This document shows, piece after piece, positions 19,014 to 27,688 of a stretch of DNA of 48,627 nucleotides. The notes beneath the pieces are model-generated. The model was not told the origin of the DNA, ran no database searches, and saw only the letters and a program-made list of their open reading frames with translations. The DNA comes from Nitrospinaceae bacterium (GTDB taxonomy: Bacteria > Nitrospinota > Nitrospinia > Nitrospinales > VA-1), in the NCBI GenBank assembly GCA_029261675.1, contig JAJDBA010000047.1, positions 1 through 48,627 on the forward strand, in the 5' to 3' direction. The position numbers and the translations under genes are program-made. How positions within the stretch are numbered: position 1 is the first letter of the stretch; each line of letters opens with the position of its first letter.

Positions 19014-21389
19014 GTGTTCACTTTTAAAAAGGGACTGGCAATTTTTCTGATTACCCTGATAGGGGTCTGCTCTGCCTATGCTCAGGAAGAAGATTGGACT
19101 TTTTGGCAGCAAAAACTTTTCCAAGCTAAAGCGGACGATGCCAACGATCACGAAAAAGCGCATTTCTGGAGGACCCAGGAACCTCACATCAAAGAGGTAA
19201 AGGTCACCGCAACTCTGCCCGACTACCCTTGGGTAAAAGTCGCTGGTTACAGAAACCGTTCAGTAGAGCGTTGCATCACCTGTCACGATGGCATTTCTGC
19301 CGTCAGCACATCACATCCACCGGAGTTTGGTTGCACTGTCTGCCATGGCGGCGAACCTGAATCCCTCAACAAAGATCAAGCCCACGCCACATTAATATAT
19401 GATCCCAAAGCTGGGACCGGGAAGCGCAACCCATCCAGCCTAACTGTGGTTGAGCAATCCTGCGGGCAACTTTATTGCCACTCTGGCCATACAGAGGAAG
19501 ATCGTAACCATATTCAACGATTAAACAAATCTATGATGAATACTCTGGCTGGAGTGATTTCAGGCTTGCGTTATCAATGGGCCGGACAAAATAAAAAGAC
19601 CGCACGTTATGCAACAGAAGAAATTGCAGACAAAGACGGCAATACACCACATGAATGGGGTGCTTTAGAAAAGTTGGAAAAACTGCCTTACTTTTCTCCT
19701 TTGGATATCCCAAAATCGAATAAAAAAAACATCCACGCGATTTCAAAAAATCCCGGTGACCGCCTTTTGCGCCAACAGTGTTTTCAATGCCATATAGACT
19801 CCCCACCGCCGCCGGGACAATATCGGTCCCAAGGTTGCGCAGCTTGTCATTTCACTTATTCGAGTACAGGCCTCTATGAGGGCGATGATCCTACTATCTC
19901 CAAAACACAAACAGGTCATGCAAAATTCCACAAGCTTCAGGCTCTACCAAAACGCACCGTGTGCGTGCAATGCCATCGAGGATTTTCTTTGCAGCCTTTG
20001 GGCAATGACCCTTCTCCGGTTAGAGAGAAGGGGGCAACCGAACCCGCTGAAGAAATAAATGACGAGCTAAATATCGATCAGCCACTACAAAAAGAAGTGT
20101 TTATCGAAAAAGGACTAGAAAGAATTGAAATTCCTATAGAAGAAAAAGTGATAGATGATGAAAACGAATTGTTCTTAAAAAACCTTGAAGAGAATCCTGA
20201 AAAAGTTGTCATAACAAGCGAAGAGGAACAATCCGTAATAGAAACTCCTCTATTTGCAGGGCAGGGAAATGTTCAGGTTGATGTCCATACCGCTCGTGGT
20301 ATGGATTGCATCGACTGCCACACGCAACGCGATATCATGGGAGATGGCAACCTGTATTCTAAACAGCATCAAGCTGTAGAAATTCGTTGCGAAACCTGTC
20401 ATGGTGATGACACTAGCTATCCTCTGGTATCTCAAGTTACCGATCCCAAAGACGCGGTAATTCGACTCAGTAACAACTACGAGGGCGAACCCAATTCTGT
20501 TGGAGACTCGATGGCTGTTTCCGAACGAAAAAGACGAATGGCAAATGTAAAAGTTCAAAACGGGAAAATGGTTACCCTTAGCAAACGTAGCGGTCGTGTT
20601 TATAATATTCCTTTGGTTCGAGATACAGATGCCCATTTTATTCCACAGCACCGATCTCGATTGGAATGCACCGCCTGCCATTCTCAATGGGTGGTTCGAT
20701 GTCCAGGTTGCCATGTCTCCATGAAATTAGGACAGGATAAATTAGATTTGAAGATTGCACCACCTATGCAAGTTCAACAACCGACACTTATGATAGGGCC
20801 TCGTGGAAAAGTTGCGCCGATGCTTGCGCAACCCGAAAGGCATTTTTCACTGTTAGATGAAAAGGGAAATCCAATTCCCGTATTGGGGCCTGCAGGACAA
20901 CACCGTGGAGAATATAAGGAATGGCCTTTCACCAATCCTCATAATACATCGGGGGCAAACCTTGCTTATTCGTTAAACCCTCATTCCACAGGAACAAAAG
21001 TTCGTTCCTGCGAAAGTTGCCATTTGTCTCCTAAAACTTTAGGATTAGGAGAAGGCGACTTGAAAATTGGCGCAAATAATACCGGAAAAAATGATTCCTT
21101 GATTCCGTTGAACCATTCCGATGAACGGGTCAAGGCATCAAAATTTGATCCCGAAGCAAAAGTCTCAATGCAAGGAGAAATTCTTGCCGGAAGTCATCAA
21201 CTCATAGCCAGGCCTTTTAACCAAAAAGAGATAATAAGAATTTTGAAAGTGGGGAATTGCATTCCATGCCACGATCAATATGATGACCCCATTTATCAGA
21301 ATATTAATAAAAGCTATGCCTTCGAAGGCACAATGAAACACCGTAAACTGCGTGAAAGAATATTGAACCTAGAGCAAACACAACCGTGA
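19014..21389 (+). CDS. multihaem c-type cytochrome, 11 CxxCH + 1 CX4CH
   Basis: The 791-aa ORF has a GTG start and a signal peptide (LITLIGVCSAYAQ). Haem motifs are CITCH, CTVCH, CGQLYCH, CFQCH, CAACH, CVQCH, CIDCH, CETCH, CTACH, CPGCH, CESCH and CIPCH. Confidence 0.92.
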   Translation: MFTFKKGLAIFLITLIGVCSAYAQEEDWTFWQQKLFQAKADDANDHEKAHFWRTQEPHIKEVKVTATLPDYPWVKVAGYRNRSVERCITCHDGISAVSTSHPPEFGCTVCHGGEPESLNKDQAHATLIYDPKAGTGKRNPSSLTVVEQSCGQLYCHSGHTEEDRNHIQRLNKSMMNTLAGVISGLRYQWAGQNKKTARYATEEIADKDGNTPHEWGALEKLEKLPYFSPLDIPKSNKKNIHAISKNPGDRLLRQQCFQCHIDSPPPPGQYRSQGCAACHFTYSSTGLYEGDDPTISKTQTGHAKFHKLQALPKRTVCVQCHRGFSLQPLGNDPSPVREKGATEPAEEINDELNIDQPLQKEVFIEKGLERIEIPIEEKVIDDENELFLKNLEENPEKVVITSEEEQSVIETPLFAGQGNVQVDVHTARGMDCIDCHTQRDIMGDGNLYSKQHQAVEIRCETCHGDDTSYPLVSQVTDPKDAVIRLSNNYEGEPNSVGDSMAVSERKRRMANVKVQNGKMVTLSKRSGRVYNIPLVRDTDAHFIPQHRSRLECTACHSQWVVRCPGCHVSMKLGQDKLDLKIAPPMQVQQPTLMIGPRGKVAPMLAQPERHFSLLDEKGNPIPVLGPAGQHRGEYKEWPFTNPHNTSGANLAYSLNPHSTGTKVRSCESCHLSPKTLGLGEGDLKIGANNTGKNDSLIPLNHSDERVKASKFDPEAKVSMQGEILAGSHQLIARPFNQKEIIRILKVGNCIPCHDQYDDPIYQNINKSYAFEGTMKHRKLRERILNLEQTQP

Positions 21390-24124
21390 ATAAATTGTTT
21401 CGAATTTTTCTGTCGCTGATCTTTGTATTAGGGCTCTGCCTTGGCAGCTTCCTTACCTATTCTTCGGGCCAGGATACAAACGATTTCTCTGACTTTTTTG
21501 ATGGGAAGCCAACTGACGAATCGATTGATACCCCGCCTGATAAAGATTCGTCTGGGATACTGGACTTCTTTCTAAAACCGGGATCCAAAACGAAAGATAT
21601 TCAAGAAACAGAAATCACTCCCAAGCCTGGAAAAACATTGCACACCAAAGAAATGGTTGAGATGCCAGCATCGTCGCCTAAGACTCAAATTGATGCTTCC
21701 GATTTCGAAGACCCTTTTTATCGAGTCAGAGGATTCCAGGGAAATTCAGAAAAAGTCCTGCAACCGGGTACAACATTGGATGGAGTTCAGTTTCAAACGT
21801 ATGGAGACACTAACAAGTTCATTGAAAAGTTTTATAAAGAATCTAACTTTTCACTCGAAGATGTGTATGGGAAAATTGAATACCTTGAAAGGCGTGGTGG
21901 CTGCTATAACTGCCATCAGGGAATTGAGAGGATCAGCAACAACCATCGTTTTTCCTGCGTTCGTTGCCATGGTGGCAACAGGCGATCCAGTTCATTACCG
22001 AATGCCCATAAAGGGCTTGTACCAAATCCATCCTCGGCAAAAAATGCTCCCCGATTTTGCGGGAAATGTCATGGTGACCATGTCCGCAAAGTAGAGCGAT
22101 CGCTGATGTCGACAGCTAAAAGAATGATCAACATAACCCGCTTCGGGTGGGGCGCGCAACCTGAGGATGAACTTCCATTCTCATTGCAGCCGGATGATAA
22201 CGAACAGGCCCTGCTCAGTGCAGGAGCGGGTCACCCTGTAGACGGATTTCTCAGAGCCAAATGCCTGCGTTGCCATATTGGATCAGAAAGCCCTCATCGT
22301 CCCGGAGATTACCGGGCATCGGGTTGTTCTTCCTGTCATATGATTTACTCGAACGATGGAATCTCATTGTCACATGACCGAGCTATACAAAAGCTGCAAA
22401 ATAAAAGTGGCAAACAAAATCGTTTTGCCAGAAAATTTTCGGAAAACTCTTTGAATAATTCACGCGGCTATCCCTTGCTACATAAGTTCACCGTTGCTGT
22501 TCCGAGTTTGCAGTGCGAGCATTGTCACAACAATAACGGAGTGGGGCAAGAATTCGAAGGCCTATTTGCAAAACCTTCACGCCCAAAGGAAGCACCGGAG
22601 CAGATCAACGCAGAAAAACCCGTTCTATATGGTAAAGAGCATGAATTTCTCGTTCCCGATATTCATCGTGAAAAAGGCATGCATTGCATCGACTGCCATA
22701 TTGGCGCTGAAATGAAACCCGATGTAGAACCAGATCAGCTTCATTCTGGAGTACAGATCCGTTGTGTTGATTGCCATGGTACCCAGGAAAAACTTCCTGA
22801 AGAATTTCTTTTAATCGAATCGGACCCGAACACAAAAAAAATGATCGCGAGTACCAACCTTAATCCCAATCTGAAGAAAAAAATTCGCGCGGGAGATACT
22901 GTTTTAGTTAATTCAAGCGGTTCCCCTATGTTGCATATTAAACGGGTAAAGAATAAATGGGTTTTAATCTCAAAGGTTTCAGGAAAGAAACACAACATTC
23001 CTTTACTTAAAAACCTCAAGCCTTCTATAGCGCACCAGATTCCAAAACATATGCGGGAAATGGAATGTGCCACTTGTCATGCACGTTGGGCAGCTACAGA
23101 ATGGGGCATGCACGTTATACGAGAGGAAAATTTTAACCCTGAAAAATGGAAAAACTGGAACCTCTCTGATCCTTCCCTGCAGTCTTTATTGTCAAATTCT
23201 TCAATTGAAAAAACAGGGATGCTGGATTGGCCGACAGCCAAATCACTGCCACAAAAAATTGAAGCCAGCATGTTAGATGAATACTGGTGGACCGTGTTCT
23301 CTGATGCTGGATGGTCTGATATGGTGATGGGTAAGAATTCGCGTGGGAAATATGCCATTCTGAAACCTCGTTATCAATATTTTATCACCGAGCCAGTAGG
23401 ACCATCAGGTCTCCCTTCGAAACGGGCAGAGCCTCCCTTAACACTTGACGATTCCCCTGGTTTGATTTGGACGGATCACTCACCCCATACGATTCGCAAA
23501 ACGGTACGCTCTTGTGAAAGTTGCCATCAAAACTCTTTATCTGTGGGGCTTGGGGATAGTTTGAAAAAATCTATTCAGAATGCCGGACAATTTTTCTCAG
23601 GATTAAAACAGAACAATCAGGTAAATTCAGACTTCCAACTCAAGCAAGGAATAGATCCAAACGGTCAGGCATTACAGACTTTCTTTCCGGGAGATAAATC
23701 GCGTTTTCTAAACAGCGAAGAGATCACTGCCTTGCAGAAACCCTCAGACCGCTACCGGGCATTTCGCTCTCTGAATTTACGGGAGCTGAATTTTTCAAGA
23801 CTATTGAGTCGCAAAGAATTCCCCTATGATGTTCGGCATCGGCTTCGTGAAAATAATATGGGACAATCGCAGCCTCGCGAAGACCTTTTCTATAACGCTG
23901 AAAAAAATCAGTTTGTTAAAATTGAAAAACCAAAAGAAGCTCCAGAACTTCCCGAAGAATTCGCACCTGAGCAGCCGCAAGAATCAGAGGAAAGCAACGA
24001 AACGATGAAGCCTGATAAAGAAGAAGATGGAATCATTGAATTTCTCTACGACATCTTTCAGGAAAAGGGTAAGCCCCCGGTCAGCGAACCTCTGCCGATA
24101 CCTAGTGAAGCTACTCCACTATGA
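21386..24124 (+). CDS. multihaem c-type cytochrome, 10 CxxCH (paralogue of the preceding gene)
   Basis: The 912-aa ORF has a GTG start overlapping the upstream TGA (GTGA) and an N-terminal signal/anchor (IFLSLIFVLGLCLG). Haem motifs are CYNCH, CVRCH, CGKCH, CLRCH, CSSCH, CEHCH, CIDCH, CVDCH, CATCH and CESCH. Confidence 0.92.
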   Translation: MNKLFRIFLSLIFVLGLCLGSFLTYSSGQDTNDFSDFFDGKPTDESIDTPPDKDSSGILDFFLKPGSKTKDIQETEITPKPGKTLHTKEMVEMPASSPKTQIDASDFEDPFYRVRGFQGNSEKVLQPGTTLDGVQFQTYGDTNKFIEKFYKESNFSLEDVYGKIEYLERRGGCYNCHQGIERISNNHRFSCVRCHGGNRRSSSLPNAHKGLVPNPSSAKNAPRFCGKCHGDHVRKVERSLMSTAKRMINITRFGWGAQPEDELPFSLQPDDNEQALLSAGAGHPVDGFLRAKCLRCHIGSESPHRPGDYRASGCSSCHMIYSNDGISLSHDRAIQKLQNKSGKQNRFARKFSENSLNNSRGYPLLHKFTVAVPSLQCEHCHNNNGVGQEFEGLFAKPSRPKEAPEQINAEKPVLYGKEHEFLVPDIHREKGMHCIDCHIGAEMKPDVEPDQLHSGVQIRCVDCHGTQEKLPEEFLLIESDPNTKKMIASTNLNPNLKKKIRAGDTVLVNSSGSPMLHIKRVKNKWVLISKVSGKKHNIPLLKNLKPSIAHQIPKHMREMECATCHARWAATEWGMHVIREENFNPEKWKNWNLSDPSLQSLLSNSSIEKTGMLDWPTAKSLPQKIEASMLDEYWWTVFSDAGWSDMVMGKNSRGKYAILKPRYQYFITEPVGPSGLPSKRAEPPLTLDDSPGLIWTDHSPHTIRKTVRSCESCHQNSLSVGLGDSLKKSIQNAGQFFSGLKQNNQVNSDFQLKQGIDPNGQALQTFFPGDKSRFLNSEEITALQKPSDRYRAFRSLNLRELNFSRLLSRKEFPYDVRHRLRENNMGQSQPREDLFYNAEKNQFVKIEKPKEAPELPEEFAPEQPQESEESNETMKPDKEEDGIIEFLYDIFQEKGKPPVSEPLPIPSEATPL

Positions 24125-24780
24125 AAAGTTTCCTTTACATTCTGATGGGTGGATGGTTTCTTTGTAGCCCAATTCTTTCCCACGCTTCTTTGATTCAGGA
24201 AAAAGAATGCTCCGAATGTCATCGCGTGTCCAAGGATGATACTGAAAAAAGCGGGCCAGATTTATTTTATTCAGGAAATAAATTTCAGGCCTCCTGGCTG
24301 AAACAATACCTCCAAAACCCTATAACCATCAGAAGTGCAGGGAGCACTGGCGATCCTGATTTCCTGAAAGGGATACAAGCAAACAGTCAGAAGCATCCTG
24401 CGGTTTCTAAAAAGGATGCAGAGCAAATTACTAAGGAGTTGATGGCGTTAACGCTTTATGATCTGCCGGAAGAGGTTAATCTCCTCGAGCCTTTAACAAA
24501 AGGACTAAAAGCGAAAATAAAATACCAGTTCGAGCGTACATTCAGTTGTATCTCCTGTCACCAAAGTTTGAATCTTGCTGGAAAAGTTCGTGGTGGGATT
24601 TCTGGCCCCTCTCTCGTCAATGCGGGAAACCGTTTGCAGGCGCGTTGGGCTGCAAGCTGGCTTAAGAGTCCCAAAACATTTTCAAATAAAAGTCGTATGC
24701 CTGTTTACAAGATGGAAGATGAGGAGCGTTTACAGCTTACCCAGTTCCTAATGACGATGAAAAATGAAAATAAGCGCTGA
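24121..24780 (+). CDS. dihaem class I-type cytochrome c
   Basis: The 219-aa ORF overlaps the upstream gene by ATGA and has a signal peptide. It has two similar halves, each with CxxCH (CSECH, CISCH) followed by GP(D/S)L...W...L..P. Confidence 0.85.
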   Translation: MKSFLYILMGGWFLCSPILSHASLIQEKECSECHRVSKDDTEKSGPDLFYSGNKFQASWLKQYLQNPITIRSAGSTGDPDFLKGIQANSQKHPAVSKKDAEQITKELMALTLYDLPEEVNLLEPLTKGLKAKIKYQFERTFSCISCHQSLNLAGKVRGGISGPSLVNAGNRLQARWAASWLKSPKTFSNKSRMPVYKMEDEERLQLTQFLMTMKNENKR

Positions 24781-24783
24781 CCC

Positions 24784-25251
24784 ATGAAAAAAAGTTCACC
24801 CAAATTTATTTTGAACTATTGTATTTTTCTGATTGCATTAGGCATAACAGGCTGTGGCGAAAAAACCTCCGAAAAAACTCCGGCACCTAAACCTCCGCTG
24901 AAAGCCGAATCACATTCACCTGCCCCTTTAGCAGAGGCGACTCAAGAACCTGTAGTGGTAACAGAAAAAACACGCAAAACCTATCAATGGTATTGTGCGC
25001 AGTGTCACGGCATTCAGGGTAAGGGCGATGGTATCAATGCCAAGTTTTTGACCGTGCCACCTCGAAACCACACCAAAGCCAAATATCTTGAAACCCGAAC
25101 CGATGAACAATTCTTTGAAGCGATCAAGTTTGGCGGTCTATCTGTAGGACGGGCACCCTGCATGCCAGCGTGGGGGAATACCCTGAGCGATTCTACGATC
25201 CATGAACTCGTGCGCTATATTCGAGAACTATGCCAATGCGAAGCTCTATAG
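24784..25251 (+). CDS. monohaem cytochrome c lipoprotein
   Basis: The 155-aa ORF has a lipobox (ALGITGC), CAQCHGIQGKGDG and a distal Met context (CMPAWG), typical of small class I cytochromes. It starts 3 nt after the upstream stop. Confidence 0.85.
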   Translation: MKKSSPKFILNYCIFLIALGITGCGEKTSEKTPAPKPPLKAESHSPAPLAEATQEPVVVTEKTRKTYQWYCAQCHGIQGKGDGINAKFLTVPPRNHTKAKYLETRTDEQFFEAIKFGGLSVGRAPCMPAWGNTLSDSTIHELVRYIRELCQCEAL

Positions 25252-25317
25252 GCAAACGAACGACTTCGATGTAAAGTGGATGAAATATCTGATAAAAATT
25301 TCCTGTGAGATCAAAAT

Positions 25318-26613
25318 ATGATCGAAGTCATTCCTTTCAAAGGTTTGCTGTACAACCTCGAAATTGTAGGCTCCCTCGATGAAGTTACGGCTCCTCCTTA
25401 TGATGTGATTTCTCCAGATCAACAGGAAGAGTTGTATCAAAAAAATCCACATAACGTGGTTCGACTAATACTGGGAAAAGAATCGGATAAAGATTCTGAA
25501 ACGGACAATCGTTACACACGATCCGCGAAGGTTTTTGAGGACTGGATAAATGAAGGTGTTTTGAAGAGAGATAACGAGCCGGGGCTTTATCTGTATAGTC
25601 AGGAATATGAGTTTGAAGGAGAAAATTTCTGCCGCATTGGATTTTTTGCGCGTGTCAAAACGGAGGACTTTAGCGAAGGAAATATTTGCCCACATGAATT
25701 TACCCTTGCTAAGGCCAAAACCGATCGCACGAAACTGCTCAATGCCTGTCATGCCAACTTTAGCCCCATATTCGGTTTGTATTCTGACCCGAAAGGTGAG
25801 GTAGACTCGTTTCTTCAAGAGGGTGTAAAGTCCAAACCATTAGCGGTCGTTGATGACAGCAAAGTAGTTCATAAACTCTGGCGTTTGAGCAATGCTGAAA
25901 GCAATCAAAAAGTCTGCGACTTGATCTGTGATAAAAAAATATATATTGCAGATGGCCACCATCGGTATGAAACAGCACTGGCTTTTGCGAAAGACAATGA
26001 AGATAAAGTGGTCGATAGTGCCCATGTGATGATGTTTCTGACAAACATGGACTCCGATTCGATGTCCATTTTTCCAATTCACCGCGTTGTAAAAAGTCCG
26101 ACGCCGTTTGATCTGGCGAATTTTTTAGAACGGGTGAGCGAGTATTTTGATGTGATTCCATGGAACACAGAAGTGAGTGCGGCTGAAATAAAATCGCGGT
26201 TGCAAGAGTTTGGAAAAGATCGCATCACCTTCTGCGCTTATATGGGTAGAAAACAAGTTTATACATTGATGGCTCATGACCCGAAAAATATTCTACCTTT
26301 GCTGGATAAAGATGAGCCTAAAGATTTGCAGGTTCTGGATGTCATGCAATTGCACGCCATCATTTTCCGGGAAGTTCTGGGTATTGATACACGCAATACG
26401 GCAGAGCAACAATATGTTTCTTATAAGGTAAACTCAGAAGAGGCTATGACTATGGTCGATGAGGGTGATTATGATGTGGCTTTTTTTATGAATCCCACTC
26501 AAATAGATGAGGTGCGGCGTTTAGCAGGGATGGGAATCCGCTTGCCACAAAAGGCAACATTTTTTTATCCTAAGCTATTATCGGGTCTGGTTATAAACAA
26601 GTTTGGAAAGTAA
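25318..26613 (+). CDS. DUF1015 family protein
   Basis: The 431-aa ORF has MIEVIPFKGLLYN...PPYDVIS...IADGHHRYETA, matching the conserved DUF1015 blocks. Confidence 0.8.
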   Translation: MIEVIPFKGLLYNLEIVGSLDEVTAPPYDVISPDQQEELYQKNPHNVVRLILGKESDKDSETDNRYTRSAKVFEDWINEGVLKRDNEPGLYLYSQEYEFEGENFCRIGFFARVKTEDFSEGNICPHEFTLAKAKTDRTKLLNACHANFSPIFGLYSDPKGEVDSFLQEGVKSKPLAVVDDSKVVHKLWRLSNAESNQKVCDLICDKKIYIADGHHRYETALAFAKDNEDKVVDSAHVMMFLTNMDSDSMSIFPIHRVVKSPTPFDLANFLERVSEYFDVIPWNTEVSAAEIKSRLQEFGKDRITFCAYMGRKQVYTLMAHDPKNILPLLDKDEPKDLQVLDVMQLHAIIFREVLGIDTRNTAEQQYVSYKVNSEEAMTMVDEGDYDVAFFMNPTQIDEVRRLAGMGIRLPQKATFFYPKLLSGLVINKFGK

Positions 26614-26623
26614 AACGTAAAAA

Positions 26624-27229
26624 ATGAAAGTAATAACCACGGAGTTTGTAACAGGTGCTGTTTCAGCGAAGCAATACCCCAAAGAACCTTATCCCGAGTT
26701 TGCGTTTGTCGGGCGATCGAATGTTGGCAAGTCGTCGCTGATCCGCTCTCTTTTAAATCGCAAAAAACTAGTTCGCATCAGTTCGACACCTGGAAAAACA
26801 AGAGAGATCAATTTTTTTCGAATTAATGACACATTGATGTTTGCAGATCTTCCCGGCTATGGATTTGCGCGGGTCACCCCGGCCCTGCAAAAAAAGTGGA
26901 AAGTAATGATTGAAGAATATCTGACTAAGCGAGATCCTTTGTTGGCAATCGTGTTCATCGTTGATATTCGCCGTAAACCTACAGAACTCGACTTGACGCT
27001 CAAAGATTGGCTTGAAGATCTGGGCAGGCCTTATATTTTGGTCATTACTAAATCGGATAAATTGTCAGGGACGGAGCGTAGCAAGCAAACCAAAATAATT
27101 AAAGCTGCCTTTATGGGAGATCAGACTCTTGCAACGGTGACCTATTCAAGTAAGAGCCATTTAGGAAGAAAAGAACTATGGAGTGAGATACAAAAACTAA
27201 TCTCAGAAAAAGGAAAGACACAAAAATAA
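26624..27229 (+). CDS. engB: ribosome biogenesis GTP-binding protein YsxC/EngB
   Basis: The 201-aa ORF has G1 (GRSNVGKSS), G3 (DLPGYGFA) and G4 (TKSDK), and the family-typical length. Confidence 0.92.
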   Translation: MKVITTEFVTGAVSAKQYPKEPYPEFAFVGRSNVGKSSLIRSLLNRKKLVRISSTPGKTREINFFRINDTLMFADLPGYGFARVTPALQKKWKVMIEEYLTKRDPLLAIVFIVDIRRKPTELDLTLKDWLEDLGRPYILVITKSDKLSGTERSKQTKIIKAAFMGDQTLATVTYSSKSHLGRKELWSEIQKLISEKGKTQK

Positions 27230-27456
27230 AATACCCTTCCTTAATCAAGGTTTTTATAGAAATGTCAATATATAGAGATAAATTATGAATCAGACGGTTG
27301 TAATGATTAGCGGCGATAGAATATTTTTAGATTTTTTACTACCATTCGAATAGGTGAGGAAACAAAAGCTCTTTCTTAGTTGGAAAGAGAAGATTAGGAT
27401 GAGAGTGGATTAAACAATACCTAATTTGCAAACTACCTCGACTAACTGGAGATAAA

Positions 27457-27576
27457 ATGAGCAAAACCACAAAAATTGTCCTGACTGTTCTTGCCGTTCT
27501 AATGGTCACCCTGTTTTTCCTTATGTGGAAAAGTCTCGGCGGCGGACCCATTATTGCTCCACGATCGGCTCTTTAA
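27457..27576 (+). CDS. candidate 39-aa single-pass membrane peptide
   Basis: The ATG is preceded by GGAG at 27448-27451. The product is MSKTTKIVLTVLAVLMVTLFFLMWKSLGGGPIIAPRSAL, with one clean TM helix. It is not in the ORF track because it is under 60 aa. Confidence 0.35.
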   Translation: MSKTTKIVLTVLAVLMVTLFFLMWKSLGGGPIIAPRSAL

Positions 27577-27688
27577 TTTAAAAATAATATTGTCTTAGCC
27601 CACGCCTTTTCAATAGGTTCTGGCGAGCCTTTTATTTCAGGCATTTTTATCCATCAAGCCTTTTCATTAAATAGCCGTAAAGCTTTAT

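Noticed and set aside
15772-25251. Outer-membrane porin (MtrB/Cyc2-like) or membrane quinol dehydrogenase partner for the cytochromes
   Set aside because: No ORF in or around the block has a beta-barrel-like alternating pattern, a fused haem-porin layout or a NapC/NrfH-type TM-anchored tetrahaem. The absence is itself reported as part of the main finding.
27339-27551. 70-aa minus-strand ORF in the engB downstream gap
   Set aside because: Its translation is Arg/Pro/Leu-rich and featureless with no RBS. The opposite strand carries a more convincing SD-preceded small membrane ORF (27457-27576).
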